Shown: positions 34,801 through 41,579 of the stretch, piece by piece
How the letters are laid out: each line of letters opens with the position of its first letter
Position numbering within the stretch: position 1 is the first letter of the stretch
Assembly: GCA_021828665.1 (NCBI GenBank)
Contig: JAJZDH010000002.1
Location: 1 to 41,690 of the forward strand
Direction: 5' to 3'
Length of the DNA: 41,690 nucleotides
From: Thermoplasmata archaeon
GTDB lineage: Archaea > Thermoplasmatota > Thermoplasmata > Lutacidiplasmatales > UBA184
Notes under the pieces: generated by a model
What the model was told of the DNA's origin: nothing
Database searches by the model: none
What the model saw: only the letters and a program-made list of their open reading frames with translations
Program-made: the position numbers and the translations under genes

Positions 34801-35485
34801 CCCACTTGAGCCCGGTCCGCTCGTACCGGAAACAGGCGACGAGGGCGGCGGGGATCTCCCGGGGCCTCCGGTAGCTCGCAACCCATCGGCGGTGTCCGAT
34901 GGATTTCACCATGCGGATGTACGCATATACGGTGAGGAGCATGACGAATGTGTAGAAGGTCAGGTAATTGGCATAGCCAAGGGCCGACGATTCGATGCTG
35001 GACACCATGAACGGGTAGATCATGGCCGCGACGAGCCCCATCCGCCGCGAGCTGACCTCGCGGCCGATCAGGTAGACCGGGAAGACCCCCAGCGCCGCCC
35101 ACAGCGGCGACTGGATGTCGAGGAAGTAAGCGCCGGCGACCACGGCGGCGGACTGGCCGCCCGCCGGGGCGAAGAACCCCTGGAAGAGGATGCCGAGGAC
35201 GGCGTTCATCCAGTCGAAGAGCGGTTCCCGGGGGTTGATCTCCCCGACGGGGTAGTGGAGGCCGTAGTCCCGGATCAGGTTCGTGTGGTTCTGGATGATG
35301 TAGACCATCACCCGCGAGTGGTAGAACGAGTCCGATCCGCCGCCGTAGACGTAGAGCCACCCCCACTGCTGGAAGATCGAGTACGCCCAGAGCGAACGGA
35401 CCAGGATCGCGAGCGAGAATGCGGTCAGCAGGATGACGACGGTGAGCCCGTGCTGCCGCCACCAGCCCTTCGGCTCCTCTCCCAT
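28886..35485 (-). CDS. aglB: Archaeal oligosaccharyltransferase AglB (STT3 family) fused to a roughly 1,290-aa C-terminal beta-sandwich repeat extension with a terminal TM anchor
   Basis: 2,199 aa. The N-terminus is multi-TM with GGGSDSFYHSR and NPREPLFDW. WWDYG is encoded at 33722-33736 (aa 584-588). From about aa 905 come CarboxypepD_reg-like repeats (GTVEMPNGAPVPGAFVTVDD...DGSYRVVLPPG; ASGAFRIPDIAPGVYNFSV; ASGAFRVSDLGPGSYTV). S/T/A/G/V-rich repeats follow, ending ...PTWLLYPLVFVPAAAALLFFVTLRWYRTRRWRR. Confidence 0.9.
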   Translation of the reverse strand: MGEEPKGWWRQHGLTVVILLTAFSLAILVRSLWAYSIFQQWGWLYVYGGGSDSFYHSRVMVYIIQNHTNLIRDYGLHYPVGEINPREPLFDWMNAVLGILFQGFFAPAGGQSAAVVAGAYFLDIQSPLWAALGVFPVYLIGREVSSRRMGLVAAMIYPFMVSSIESSALGYANYLTFYTFVMLLTVYAYIRMVKSIGHRRWVASYRRPREIPAALVACFRYERTGLKWAVFTGVCLGALALSWQGYPFFIAALVIFLIVQMLAERIRRVDSFALYSATWIVGLIGFPMAMPYYIVQGLFAGWFDTPLIVFFGTLVALLPFLLLRDQPWVVSVPAFLLTGLAAVGLLLAVDPSAFVTIITGQGYFVKTLVYSTVAEAQAPSIDSLILGFGVVTFFMAFVGLVLFAFRIGREKFRREHVLFFVFAVITIYLPITAAKFFLLSTATFALLPAEVILLILEIAGYAQLRRTAASLSDRRGQLTSIRRSFKPRHVLVMALVLVIIVPNVWYAIDAGIPYGNLKSQYNDQIFETIPPPLRTSPGNASSFYLGAAGTSLDTPNQYDEAGYNWLAQQDTNLPLYQRPALVSWWDYGFQTLGEGGHPVVADNFQDGIDPSGAFLLSQNESEAIGVLAVELLAGEQVVTHQPYLPASLNALLAADGVALPELHNLLANTSADVPLVIANPGRYLPVNAAHLDPTNAMYMAASWFLADTLSLNQIAKLYNDIQAYTGWSIRYAMVDSRLIPFSGSNTGIFYAPADLTDRAIDSGGNPSAFFNVSVVGSDGNTYPEGHVPANVQAVSYNINYFAPFYNSMIYRTYFGYNGSDTGQGSGIPGLSGSLQGSSPEPGWMLQHFQVVYRTAYYCPYANPNAHPGCFVAANLPTAVSRAKATNGTADTSAGSYFNGGEAILEYYPGQTLTGTVEMPNGAPVPGAFVTVDDGWGIPHMVVPTAADGSYRVVLPPGNDTVNVTTGSIDGLTQQGTTVLATLHLRVSSAYALSDNAPTEVQNILLRPATVQGEVYWNTANNSSYSPSVDTVVPGAEVNLWGPGLASYHLASDASGAFRIPDIAPGVYNFSVTDGATNYTQPNLYLTPGLDSNQSVGLSPGEIFGTVNLPTGASTAGATVRVSYPTGSVSTAVNASGAFRVSDLGPGSYTVQARLPSASLASVPTVVSLATKGASAHLNLTLTAVGSILLPVARNGAPVAGFPVRFTPASSALARSSTNSSAPVTNTTGANSTLFVSPANGTIVATLPLGSYQVYAAGLLNGRPYAAIDRVTISAAGTLAVAPAANLVPAYLVSGHTPPPTSTVSPTEISISAFASNGYSVSAFDNESGNWLLLLPAGTYGLSASVPPTSGAPAYVGLASLSVASDTSVSLGLGPATTFHATVGAVLGRGSIYPAPESVVRLTVDPTGAYLTATTNRTGNFTLLIPGTLPVGESLCLNVTAPGFAPFDQCGLSPQTAASLGILPLNLTPVPTRIVVTGLPAGTATHLNLTAVGSPAASSEATGGTGYALSLTPGNYSVAAWAPIPHAVGLYRTIAPVLLDIPIGSGAANLTVPVRFEIPATGKLALPKGVSDAAVEVSLSGDGFEQNLTGSAFVLPFLTPPGTDTLLAQAALGNASFSNLTRIVVNATGAMRPALVSLLQPGGLLRGTVSLPDGSPLNGTRELALETGSGLALSVPLLGGVFSLALPLGTVVHPFLNTTLFSPGPGGFSEEGTYRTASGATCTVASAQSNCTVVLLATKDLLEVTGTVVYPSYPGPLSGTVMFVGPSPSVAAQEVPVVSGSFAAFLLPGAYEVYATATEGGVTLASMGRAVLSTYPTETLPLTVGTTWTDFLTLSSAAARSSATANLTLSGPSGMHLVETGVPVGVPIPLALPPGSWTFQANASANPYGVRTATTGTAVVELENGNAATGIALTPLLSRTVDFQIQGPHAFTVLPGGTVSLAYSLTNVGNTPLALHMVGAPSTWTFNFTPENVSLGLAAGNRSATGSLRIHLPAATPTTVPPITLEAVLAGGIIVGVATPAPTLSVEPYYGIEMGASPSLGTVGSNSTTLPFWVLDTGNAPESVSLSISNLVAIEGLGWTARILSGTTPVIGPVTLQPATNTSYRILLATGPSNPSNPGVVHVEAAVVNRSAAVTSTLALSVSLLPVSISNSTLTVTGPGLGTPPAYPTWLLYPLVFVPAAAALLFFVTLRWYRTRRWRR

Positions 35486-35515
35486 CGGTAATCCGGCGCC
35501 GCGCAGACGGGGGGG

Positions 35516-35532
35516 GTTATAAGAGCCTTTGC
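35516..35532 (-). promoter_or_regulatory. BRE/TATA-like element of aglB (minus strand GCAAAGG-CTCTTATAA)
   Basis: TTATAA at 35517-35522 lies 31 nt upstream of the ATG at 35485. CAAAGG lies immediately upstream of it on the coding strand. Confidence 0.5.
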
Positions 35533-35626
35533 GGAACGCGCCCCGGCTCCGGGGGCCGAACGGTCCGGGGGGCTCCGGCCCGGACCGGCGCCCCGGTCGG
35601 CGGGGGCCGCCACCGGCCGGCCGGGG

Positions 35627-36160
35627 TTACCCGGGCGCCCCGGGGGAGGCCGGGCGGGCGCGGAACCGGTAGAAGATGCGGCCGTCCGGGAGGTCGAAGC
35701 CCTCCACGTTCACCTCCGCGCCGATGGCGAGCTCCGTCCACGGCCGCCCTTCGATCCGGCCGAAGAGGCGGAGCGGCACCCCGTCGAGATCCACGAGCCC
35801 CACGGCGAACGGGACCGCCTCCTCCATGCCGAGGGGGGCTCCGGCGAGGACGGCGCTGAACGCGTAGATCCGTCCGTGCCGCGGCAGGTCGACCCACTCG
35901 AGCTCCGACCGGTGGCACTCCGGGCAGACGGTCCGCGGCGGCCACAGGAGCCGGCCGTCCCGCCGGCAACGGGTCGTGGAGAACCGTCCGGCCCGGAGGT
36001 GGTCGAAGAAGGCCGCGATCTCGGTGAACCGGGGGTCCTCGAGCGGGTGGAAGTCGAGGAGGGTGGGGATCGGCGCCGGGGAGGAGGGGGTGGCCGGGGC
36101 CGCCCGCGGACGGGCGGTGACCGCCGGCGCCTCGGCGGCGGGGGTGGTCGGGGGCGCCAT
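35627..36160 (-). CDS. DUF35 Zn-ribbon/OB-fold protein (thiolase-associated)
   Basis: 177 aa. Zn-ribbon motif: RCRRDGRLLWPPRTVCPECH. The OB-fold part reads GRIYAFSAV...PFAVGLVDLDG-VPLRLFGRIEG. The ATG lies 1 nt after the thiolase stop. The N-terminus is a P/A-rich 30 aa. Confidence 0.85.
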   Translation of the reverse strand: MAPPTTPAAEAPAVTARPRAAPATPSSPAPIPTLLDFHPLEDPRFTEIAAFFDHLRAGRFSTTRCRRDGRLLWPPRTVCPECHRSELEWVDLPRHGRIYAFSAVLAGAPLGMEEAVPFAVGLVDLDGVPLRLFGRIEGRPWTELAIGAEVNVEGFDLPDGRIFYRFRARPASPGAPG

Positions 36161-36161
36161 C

Positions 36162-37343
36162 TCAGCCGCCCCGCTGGTAGACCATGAGGGAATGGACGTT
36201 CGCGCTCCCGCTCAGGTTGTGGACCAGCGCCCATTCCGGGTCCGGCACCTGGCGCTCGGGCGGCACCTCCGCGGCGAACTGCCGGTAGACCTCGACCGCC
36301 TGGGCGATCCCGGTGGCCCCGAGCGGGTGGCCGCATCCGAGGAGCCCGCCCCTCGGGTTGACGACGATCTCGCCGCCGAGGGAGCTCTTCCCGTCCAGGG
36401 CGTAGGCGCCGCCTTGGCCGGCGGGGCAGAATCCGAGCGCCTCGCCGGCCACGATCTCGGAGATGGAAAAGCAGTCGTGGAGCTCGGCGAAGTCGAGGTC
36501 GGCCGGCCCGATCCCCGCGCTCCGGAACGCCTCCCGGCCCGCCTGCCGGAGCCCGACCCAATCGGTGAGGTCGCCCGCGTTCGCGAGGTTGTGCCAGTCC
36601 GAATACTGCCCCGTGCCCCGGATCCAGGCGGGGTTGGAGGTGTACTTCCGGGCGAGGTCGCCCCGGACCACGAGGACCGCCGCCGCGCCGTCGGTCATCG
36701 AGGAGCAGTCGCCGAGGCGGAGCGGCGGGGCGACGAGCGGCAGGCCGCGGAGCTTCTCCCGGGAGAAGCTCTTCGCGTGGAACTGCGCGTCGGGGTTCGA
36801 GTTCGCGAACCGGTGGTTCTTCTCGGAGACGGCGGCGAGCGCCTCCTCGGTCGTCCCGAACTCCCGCATGTGCCGCTGCGCGACCATGGCAAAGAACGGC
36901 GGGGCGGTCGCCCCGTGGGCCCCGTCCCACGGCCGGTCCATGACGCACGCCATCGACGTGTTCGCCTCGGCCATGCTGGGGAGGTTCATCTTCTCCACGC
37001 CGAGGGCGACCGCCACGTCGGAGAGCCCGGCGGCGATGGCGGCGTAGGCGCTCCGGATCGCCGATTGCCCGGAGGCGCAGGCGAGCTCCGTCCGCTGCAG
37101 GATGCGGCGGGGCTTCAGGCCGAGAAGCTCCGCGGCGAGCGGGGCGACGTGGGACTGGAAGGCGAACCGCTCCGGCTCGGCGGCGCCGACGAAGAGCGAG
37201 TCGACCTCCTCCGCCCGGAGCTCGGGGATCGCCTCGAAGAGGCGGCGGCCGGCCTCCTGGACGAGCTCGCTCCAGGTGGCGGCGCGCACGCCGAACCGGG
37301 TGGTGGCGCCGCCCGCGACGGCCACCTCCGGCCGCTCGCTCAT
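36162..37343 (-). CDS. Thiolase (archaeal acetoacetyl-CoA thiolase / SCP-x-like)
   Basis: 393 aa from the internal ATG (complement of 37341-37343) of track ORF 36162..38777. Active-site-like segments: ELACASGQSAIRSA, ELHDCFS, LGCGHPLGATG. The start overlaps the leuB stop (ATGA). Confidence 0.9.
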   Translation of the reverse strand: MSERPEVAVAGGATTRFGVRAATWSELVQEAGRRLFEAIPELRAEEVDSLFVGAAEPERFAFQSHVAPLAAELLGLKPRRILQRTELACASGQSAIRSAYAAIAAGLSDVAVALGVEKMNLPSMAEANTSMACVMDRPWDGAHGATAPPFFAMVAQRHMREFGTTEEALAAVSEKNHRFANSNPDAQFHAKSFSREKLRGLPLVAPPLRLGDCSSMTDGAAAVLVVRGDLARKYTSNPAWIRGTGQYSDWHNLANAGDLTDWVGLRQAGREAFRSAGIGPADLDFAELHDCFSISEIVAGEALGFCPAGQGGAYALDGKSSLGGEIVVNPRGGLLGCGHPLGATGIAQAVEVYRQFAAEVPPERQVPDPEWALVHNLSGSANVHSLMVYQRGG

Positions 37344-38476
37344 CCGACCGTCCCCCGGATCGCGGCGACCACCCGGTCGCCGACGTCGCTCGTGGAGAGC
37401 GCCCCGCCCTGGTCGTAGGTCCGGGCCGTACCGGCCTGGAGCTCGCGGGCGATCGCCTGCTCCAGCCGGTCGGCCTGCTGGAGGAGCCGGGAGTCGGTGT
37501 GCGTCTCCCCGAGGTGGCGCAGCATCATCTCCGTGGCGAAGAAGGTGGCGAACGGATTGACCCGGTTCTGCCCGGCGTGCTTCGGCGCGCTCCCGTGCAC
37601 CGGCTCGAACATGGCATGCGCCTCCCCGATGTTGCCGCCGGCGGCGAAGCCCATGCCGCCCTGCAGCACGCTCGCAAGGTCGGTGACGATGTCCCCCATC
37701 ATGTTGGTGGAGACGACCACGTTGTAGTGCTCGGGGTTCCGGACGATCCACTGGGCGAAGGCGTCGACGTAGGCGTAGTCGCGCTCGATCTCGGGGTACT
37801 CCGCCCGTCCGATCCGGTCGAACGTCTCCCGGAAGAACCGGCACCCCTCGAGGACGTTCGACTTGTCGACGCAGGTCACCCGGCGCACCCCGTCCTCGGG
37901 AGCTCCCCGGGACCGCCGGCGGGCCTCGGCGAACGCCCGGCGGATCACCCGCTCCGAGCCCTTCCGGGTGATGACCCGGGTGTCGATGGCGACCTCGGTC
38001 TCCCCGCCCCGGCGCAGGAGGCCGCGGGCGGGCGTGTAGAGCCCCTCGGTGTTCTCCCGGAGGATGACGAGGTCGACCTTGGCCGGCGACCAGACCTGCT
38101 TGTACTCGCCGCTGATCCGGTGGAGGACCCCCGGGTACAGGCGGCACGGCCGCACGTTCGCGTAGAGGTCGAGGTCGCGCCGGAGCCCGAGGACGAGCGC
38201 GGCGCCGGCGATGTCCCCGTTCGGAAGGTTCACGCCCGGCCACCCGACGGCCCCGAGCAGGATCGCATCGGCCTCCCGGGCGGCCTCCTCGGCCTCGGGC
38301 TCCCACTCCTTCCCGTGGTCGCGGTAGTAAACGGCCCCGCCGGGGTGCTCTTCGAGGGTCCACGGATGCGGTCCGCCCTCCGCGAGGGCGTCGAGGACCT
38401 TCCGGCCCTCCCGGACCACCTCCGGACCGGTGCCGTCGCCGGGGAGGAGGACCAGCCGGTAGCTCGAATCCTTCAT
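37340..38476 (-). CDS. leuB: 3-isopropylmalate dehydrogenase family protein (beta-decarboxylating dehydrogenase)
   Basis: 378 aa from the internal ATG (complement of 38474-38476). Motifs: LLPGDGTGPEV, LYANVRP, LVILRENTEGLY, DKSNVL, STNMMGDIVTDLAS, GSAP. The exact substrate (isopropylmalate, homoisocitrate or tartrate-type) is not resolvable by eye. Confidence 0.85.
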   Translation of the reverse strand: MKDSSYRLVLLPGDGTGPEVVREGRKVLDALAEGGPHPWTLEEHPGGAVYYRDHGKEWEPEAEEAAREADAILLGAVGWPGVNLPNGDIAGAALVLGLRRDLDLYANVRPCRLYPGVLHRISGEYKQVWSPAKVDLVILRENTEGLYTPARGLLRRGGETEVAIDTRVITRKGSERVIRRAFAEARRRSRGAPEDGVRRVTCVDKSNVLEGCRFFRETFDRIGRAEYPEIERDYAYVDAFAQWIVRNPEHYNVVVSTNMMGDIVTDLASVLQGGMGFAAGGNIGEAHAMFEPVHGSAPKHAGQNRVNPFATFFATEMMLRHLGETHTDSRLLQQADRLEQAIARELQAGTARTYDQGGALSTSDVGDRVVAAIRGTVG

Positions 38477-38988
38477 CCGGGCCTCCGCCCCCGGGCGAGC
38501 TCGGTGCGGGTCTTCTCGACGAGGCCGCCCACCTCGAGGAGCTCGAGGAGGTGGGTCGGGAGCGGGGGGAAGGCGAGGTGCGCGCCGGTCCGGAGGTTGG
38601 TGACGGTGCCGCGGGCCATCTCGATCCGGGCGGTGTCGCCGGCCTCGAACAGGGCGCGCGCGCCCCGGACCTCGATCGCCGGGATCCCGAGGTTGATGCA
38701 GTTGCGGTAGAAGATGCGGGCGAAGGAATCGGCGACCACGGCGCCGATCCCGAGGGCGCGGAGCGCCTGGGGCGCATGCTCGCGGCTCGAGCCGCACCCC
38801 AGGTTCTCGTCGGCGACCACGATGTCGCCGGCCCGGGCCGCCCGGGCGAACTCGGGGAGGGCGATCTCGAAGACGTGCTTCTTGAGCTCGTTCGGATCGA
38901 TGATGGTGAGGTACTTCCCGCTGATGATCTGGTCGGTGTCCACGTCCTTGCCGAGCGTCCAGACCCGGCCCTCGATGCGATCGCGCAT
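38473..38988 (-). CDS. leuD: 3-isopropylmalate dehydratase small subunit (aconitase-family swivel domain)
   Basis: 171 aa from the internal ATG (complement of 38986-38988). Motifs: GKDVDTDQIISGKYL, ENLGCGSSREHAPQAL, SFARIFYRNCINLG. The stop overlaps the leuB start (ATGA). Confidence 0.9.
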   Translation of the reverse strand: MRDRIEGRVWTLGKDVDTDQIISGKYLTIIDPNELKKHVFEIALPEFARAARAGDIVVADENLGCGSSREHAPQALRALGIGAVVADSFARIFYRNCINLGIPAIEVRGARALFEAGDTARIEMARGTVTNLRTGAHLAFPPLPTHLLELLEVGGLVEKTRTELARGRRPG

Positions 38989-39014
38989 GGTGGTGGGGAC
39001 CCCCTCCTTCCCTC

Positions 39015-40298
39015 CTACAGGTATTCCCGGGGATCCGTGATCTCGCCCCGGATCGCCGTCGCGGCGGTGGCCGCCGGGCTCATGAGGTAGATCCGGGCCT
39101 CCTTCGCCCCCATCCGTCCGGGGAAGTTCCGGTTCGAGGACGACGCGCAGGTCTCGTCGGGGGCGAGGATCCCCATGTTGCCGCCGAAGCAAGCCGAGCA
39201 GCTCGAGTTCGTGAACACGGCGCCGGCCTCCGTGAAGACCTCGATGAGCCCCTCCTTGAGCGCCTGCTGGTAGATCTTGGTGGAGGCCGGGGAGACGATG
39301 TAGCGCACCCCGGCGTGGACCTTCTGGCCCTTCAGGATCCGGGCGCCCTCCCGGAGGTCCTCGATCCGGGCGTTCGTGCAGGAGCCGAGGAAGACCTGGT
39401 CGACCCGGACATGCTCGCCGACGACCTCCGGCAGCGGCCGGACGTTGTCGGGGGAGTACGGGCAGGCCACCATCGGCGGCATGCCGTCCACGTCCACCTC
39501 CACCGTCCGCTCGTACCGGGCATCGGCGTCGGCGGCGGCGGGATGCATCGCATGCTTCGCGATCGGGCGGAGGTACTCCGTCGTGACGGAATCGGCCCCG
39601 ATCATGCCGCACTTCGCCCCCATCTCCGTGGTCATGTTGCAGACGGTGAACCGGTCGGTCATCGGGAGCGCCGCGATGGTCGGCCCCGAGAACTCGACGG
39701 CCTTGTACGTCGCTCCCGTCGTGCGGATCTCCCCGAGGACCTTGAGGACGAGGTCCTTGGCGGTCACGCCGGGGCCGAGCCGGCCCGTCACGTGCACCCG
39801 GATCGTCGGCGGGACCTTGAGCCAGATCTTCCCGAGGGCGAGCACCGCGGCCATCTCGGTGGGCCCGATCCCCGCGGCCACCGCCCCCATGGCGCCCAGC
39901 ATGTTCGTGTGGGAGTCGGTCCCGACGGCGAGGTCGCCGGGGACCACCCAGCCGTCCTCGGCCAGGATCTGGTGGCAGATCCCGTGCCGTCCGACATCGT
40001 AGAAGTGCGGGAGGTGCTGCTCCCGCGCGAACTTCCGCAGGATCTGGTGGAGCACCGCCGCGCCTTCGGTGGAGGCGGGGACCCAGTGATCGATGGCGAT
40101 GACGACCCGGTCGGGGTCCCAGACCCGCTCGGCCCCCATCTCGTGGAACGGACCGACGGTCTGGGCGCCCTGCTCGTGCATCATGGCGAGGTCCACCCGT
40201 CCGTCCACGATCTGCCCCGGCACGACCGCCTCGAGCCCCGCGGCGCGGGCCAGGATCTTCTCGGCGAGCGTGAGGCCCCCTCCCGTTCCCCCGTTCAT
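39015..40298 (-). CDS. leuC: 3-isopropylmalate dehydratase large subunit (archaeal-type, about 420 aa)
   Basis: 427 aa. Motifs: LAEKILARA, DLAMMHE, GICHQ, VGTDSHT, GSCTNARIEDL, SCSACFGG, SSSNRNFPGRMG. Confidence 0.92.
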   Translation of the reverse strand: MNGGTGGGLTLAEKILARAAGLEAVVPGQIVDGRVDLAMMHEQGAQTVGPFHEMGAERVWDPDRVVIAIDHWVPASTEGAAVLHQILRKFAREQHLPHFYDVGRHGICHQILAEDGWVVPGDLAVGTDSHTNMLGAMGAVAAGIGPTEMAAVLALGKIWLKVPPTIRVHVTGRLGPGVTAKDLVLKVLGEIRTTGATYKAVEFSGPTIAALPMTDRFTVCNMTTEMGAKCGMIGADSVTTEYLRPIAKHAMHPAAADADARYERTVEVDVDGMPPMVACPYSPDNVRPLPEVVGEHVRVDQVFLGSCTNARIEDLREGARILKGQKVHAGVRYIVSPASTKIYQQALKEGLIEVFTEAGAVFTNSSCSACFGGNMGILAPDETCASSSNRNFPGRMGAKEARIYLMSPAATAATAIRGEITDPREYL

Positions 40299-41542
40299 GG
40301 TTTCCCCGTCCTCCCGGAGACGGTCGCGACCATCTCCCAGAACTCGGCATCGGAGATGCCCGGCTGCTCATAGAGCGACCGGTACTCCGCGAGGAAGCGA
40401 CGGAGCTCCGCCTTGCTGCGCCGCTCCCCGGCCCGCTTGATGCTCCCCAGGAGCTCCGCGAGCTGGGGATCGGAAAGGACGATCGCCCGTTCCTTGAGCT
40501 TCTCCACCACGGCGGCCTTGCCGCTGTGCTTGCCGAGGATCATCCGCCGGACCCGCCCCAGCGTCTCGGGCTGGACCGGCTCGTAGGTGAGGGTGTGGGC
40601 CAGGATGCCGTGGGTATGGATCCCCGCCTCGTGGGAGAACGAGTTGAAGCCGACCAGCGGCTTGGTGGGCGCGAGGGGCACGCCGCTCAGCTCCTCGACC
40701 TTCCGGGAGAGGGCGTAGAGCCGGTCGGTGGCGAGGCCGGTCCGGACCCCGTAGAGCGCCTCGAGCGCCACCGCCACCTCCTCGAGGGAGGCGTTGCCGG
40801 CCCGCTCCCCGAGGCCGTTCACGGTGACGTGGGGGGCGGTGACGCCCATCTCGAGCGCGGTCAGCGTGTTGGCGGTCGCCATGCCGAAATCGTTGTGGCA
40901 GTGCACCGACCAGTCCCGCGGCCGCACCCGGCGTTCGAACTCCCCGAGGAACCACCGGAACGTGAGCGGGGTCATGATGCCCACCGTGTCGGAGACGACG
41001 AGCCGGTCGGCGCCGGCGTCCCGGACGGCGCCGTAGAGCGGCTCGAGGAAGTCGAACGGGGCCCGGGCCGTGTCCTCGGTCACGAACGCCACGTGGAGAC
41101 CGGCCTGCTTCGCCCGGCGCACCGACTCCACGGAGGCCCGGAGGACCTCCTCCCGGGTCATCTTGAGCTTGAAGCGGAGGTGCACCTCGCTCGCCGCCAC
41201 GAAGATGGCGATGTGGGTAGCGCCGCTCCGCAGGACCGCCTCGATGTCGCCGGGCACCGTCCGGGCGCTGGCCAGGATCTTCGCCCGGAGCCCCGCGTGG
41301 GCGAGGCGGTGGACCGCCGCCGCCTCCTCCTCGGAGACCACCGGGATCCCGGCGTCGATGACCGAGACGCCGGCGGCCGAAAGGTCCTCGGCGATGGAGA
41401 GCTTCTCCTCGGGGGAGAAGTGCACCCCCGGGGTCTGCTCGCCGTCCCGGAGCGTCTCGTCCCAGAAGACGATCGGCTGGGCGAACCGCCGCTGGGCGGC
41501 GGTGGCCTCGTGGTAGGACTCGACCAGGCGGGCGGACGCCAT
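40295..41542 (-). CDS. 2-isopropylmalate synthase / homocitrate synthase / citramalate synthase family enzyme (short form without a LeuA-type regulatory domain)
   Basis: 415 aa. DRE-TIM motifs: [55 protein letters not shown]. The stop overlaps the leuC start (ATGA). Confidence 0.88.
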   Translation of the reverse strand: MASARLVESYHEATAAQRRFAQPIVFWDETLRDGEQTPGVHFSPEEKLSIAEDLSAAGVSVIDAGIPVVSEEEAAAVHRLAHAGLRAKILASARTVPGDIEAVLRSGATHIAIFVAASEVHLRFKLKMTREEVLRASVESVRRAKQAGLHVAFVTEDTARAPFDFLEPLYGAVRDAGADRLVVSDTVGIMTPLTFRWFLGEFERRVRPRDWSVHCHNDFGMATANTLTALEMGVTAPHVTVNGLGERAGNASLEEVAVALEALYGVRTGLATDRLYALSRKVEELSGVPLAPTKPLVGFNSFSHEAGIHTHGILAHTLTYEPVQPETLGRVRRMILGKHSGKAAVVEKLKERAIVLSDPQLAELLGSIKRAGERRSKAELRRFLAEYRSLYEQPGISDAEFWEMVATVSGRTGKP

Positions 41543-41566
41543 GGGCCCCGGGACGGGGGAGCGGCG

Positions 41567-41579
41567 ACATAACCTTTGG
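41567..41579 (-). promoter_or_regulatory. BRE/TATA-like element (minus strand CCAAAGG-TTATGT) of the six-gene leu/thiolase operon
   Basis: TTATGT (complement of 41567-41572) lies 24 nt upstream of the ATG at 41542 and is directly preceded by CCAAAGG, the same word as at pheS. Confidence 0.5.
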
